A DNA stretch of 63,977 nucleotides, filler included, from Lama guanicoe (taxonomy: Eukaryota): NCBI GenBank assembly GCA_013239625.1. It is 98 parts of 98 records of this genome, joined end to end, with 100 filler letters (N's around TTAATTAATTAA, not from the genome) between each part and the next. Parts side by side here need not be neighbours in the genome. Positions count along the whole stretch, not along the records: positions 62,725 to 63,065 come from PNXV01028013.1; positions 63,166 to 63,659 come from PNXV01028015.1; positions 63,760 to 63,977 come from PNXV01028037.1; 95 more parts are not named here. One strand, 5' to 3'. The notes beneath the pieces were generated by a model. It was not told the origin of the DNA. It ran no database searches and saw only the letters and a list, made by a program, of their open reading frames with translations. Within the stretch, counting starts at the first letter, position 1. Each line of letters begins with the position of its first letter. A program made the position numbers and the translations under genes. Below, piece by piece: positions 62,906 through 63,977 of the stretch.

Positions 62906-63165
62906 GAGTGGAACGGTGTTTTTTAAATTGAAGTTATCATTATAACAAAGCCTTTAATGACCTGTTGAGAGCATGACAGAGCAGCGAGATACAAAATACT
63001 ACATGATGTATTCATAGAAGCAGTGGTCATTGAACACATATTAGCTTCAAGGCATTTGTAACCTGNNNNNNNNNNNNNNNNNNNNNNNNNNNNNNNNNNN
63101 NNNNNNNNNTTAATTAATTAANNNNNNNNNNNNNNNNNNNNNNNNNNNNNNNNNNNNNNNNNNNN

Positions 63166-63270
63166 TCTGTTTTGTAGATGAGTTCATTAGTGTCCTCTTT
63201 TTTCTTTTTTCTTTGGATTCCACATTACCATATGATGTCACCCATATGTGGAATCTAAAAAAAAAAAAGA
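63166..63270. mobile_element. Two short LINE-1 3' UTR pieces in inverted orientation
   Basis: ttggattccacat (to 63225) faces taccatatgatgtcacccatatgtggaatctaaaa (63226-63270). Confidence 0.75.
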
Positions 63271-63759
63271 ATTTTAATGGTAGTGATGACACCTTATACT
63301 TTTCAATGATTATTATATTTGTTTTAGAAGATACTACTTTCTTCTTAAATCTCAAATCTAATTCCCAGTGTCTACATGAGGCAGATACATGTTAATTTGT
63401 TCCAAGATATCTTTTTTGCATTCTGTTTTGAGTATATCATAAAACATAGCAAAAAAGCAAATTCAGTATGTGTGTAAATTCTCTATTGCTTAGATATGGC
63501 CCTTTTAGAGGCAGTTCCAACAGCGGCTTATTTTAGAGGCCTGATTCTAATTATTAATTCTTGATCTGATATCCTCTTGGGACTGTTTGAGGAAAATGGG
63601 AAAATGATTGAAAAATAAAATGAGTGCACAAAGTCAGACTTATTTTAAAGAGAGTAAGANNNNNNNNNNNNNNNNNNNNNNNNNNNNNNNNNNNNNNNNN
63701 NNNTTAATTAATTAANNNNNNNNNNNNNNNNNNNNNNNNNNNNNNNNNNNNNNNNNNNN

Positions 63760-63977
63760 CTGTTTCCTAGTGCCAGTTTGAAGTTCCTGCGGTTTTCACT
63801 GTAAAACCAAGTTGAGCTTGTACCTCCCAATATATATGTATGGAGTAGACTTTGCCACTGAACAGAAACTTTGTGTCCTACAAGCTAGGTGAAGGACGGA
63901 TTTCACACACACTTATCACTCAGAACTTAACATGTGGAGATACGTACGTTCATCCAGCACATAGTGAATGGGTGGCA
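63760..63977. repeat. Satellite family A (partial monomer)
   Basis: tttcctagtgccagtttgaagttcctgcg...aagctaggtgaaggacgg...cacacacttatc matches 1654-2126. Confidence 0.93.

Noticed and set aside
2175..63355. ORFs ending in X runs, N or LIN
   Set aside because: They run into the N padding and stop in the linker; artefacts.
987..63759. CRISPR-like pattern of a constant palindromic repeat separating variable sequences
   Set aside because: The repeat is a synthetic linker embedded in N runs; the intervening pieces are 200-990 bp mammalian contigs; there are no cas genes.

Overview
This window is not contiguous genome. It is an artificial concatenation of about 98 short contigs (each ~200-990 bp), joined by an identical 100-bp linker (N44-TTAATTAATTAA-N44, stop codons in all six frames), as in an unplaced-contig pseudo-chromosome. 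Adjacency across linkers has no biological meaning, and ORFs containing X runs or ending in '..LIN' are artefacts. The DNA is mammalian, with LINE-1, L2, MIR, MaLR/ERVL and MER5A fossils. A tRNA-Ala-derived Vic-1-type SINE points to a camelid (alpaca, llama or camel); this is inference. Three tandem-satellite families recur in 14 contigs: a ~248-bp family (A), a CpG-rich ~267-bp family (B) and a heptamer (TTCTATA-like) family (C) with a 63-bp higher-order unit. Recognisable gene fragments are two spliced MUC2 exons, a divergent TXNDC5 exon 1, and an ANKRD26/CCDC144-like exon with an in-frame 75-bp internal duplication. I found no evidence for a new multi-gene system, and the fragmentation would hide one. 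The best leads are the apparent common ancestry of satellites A and B, the heptamer higher-order repeat, and the two atypical gene copies. Repeat subfamily names come from recalled consensus sequences and need RepeatMasker/Dfam confirmation.
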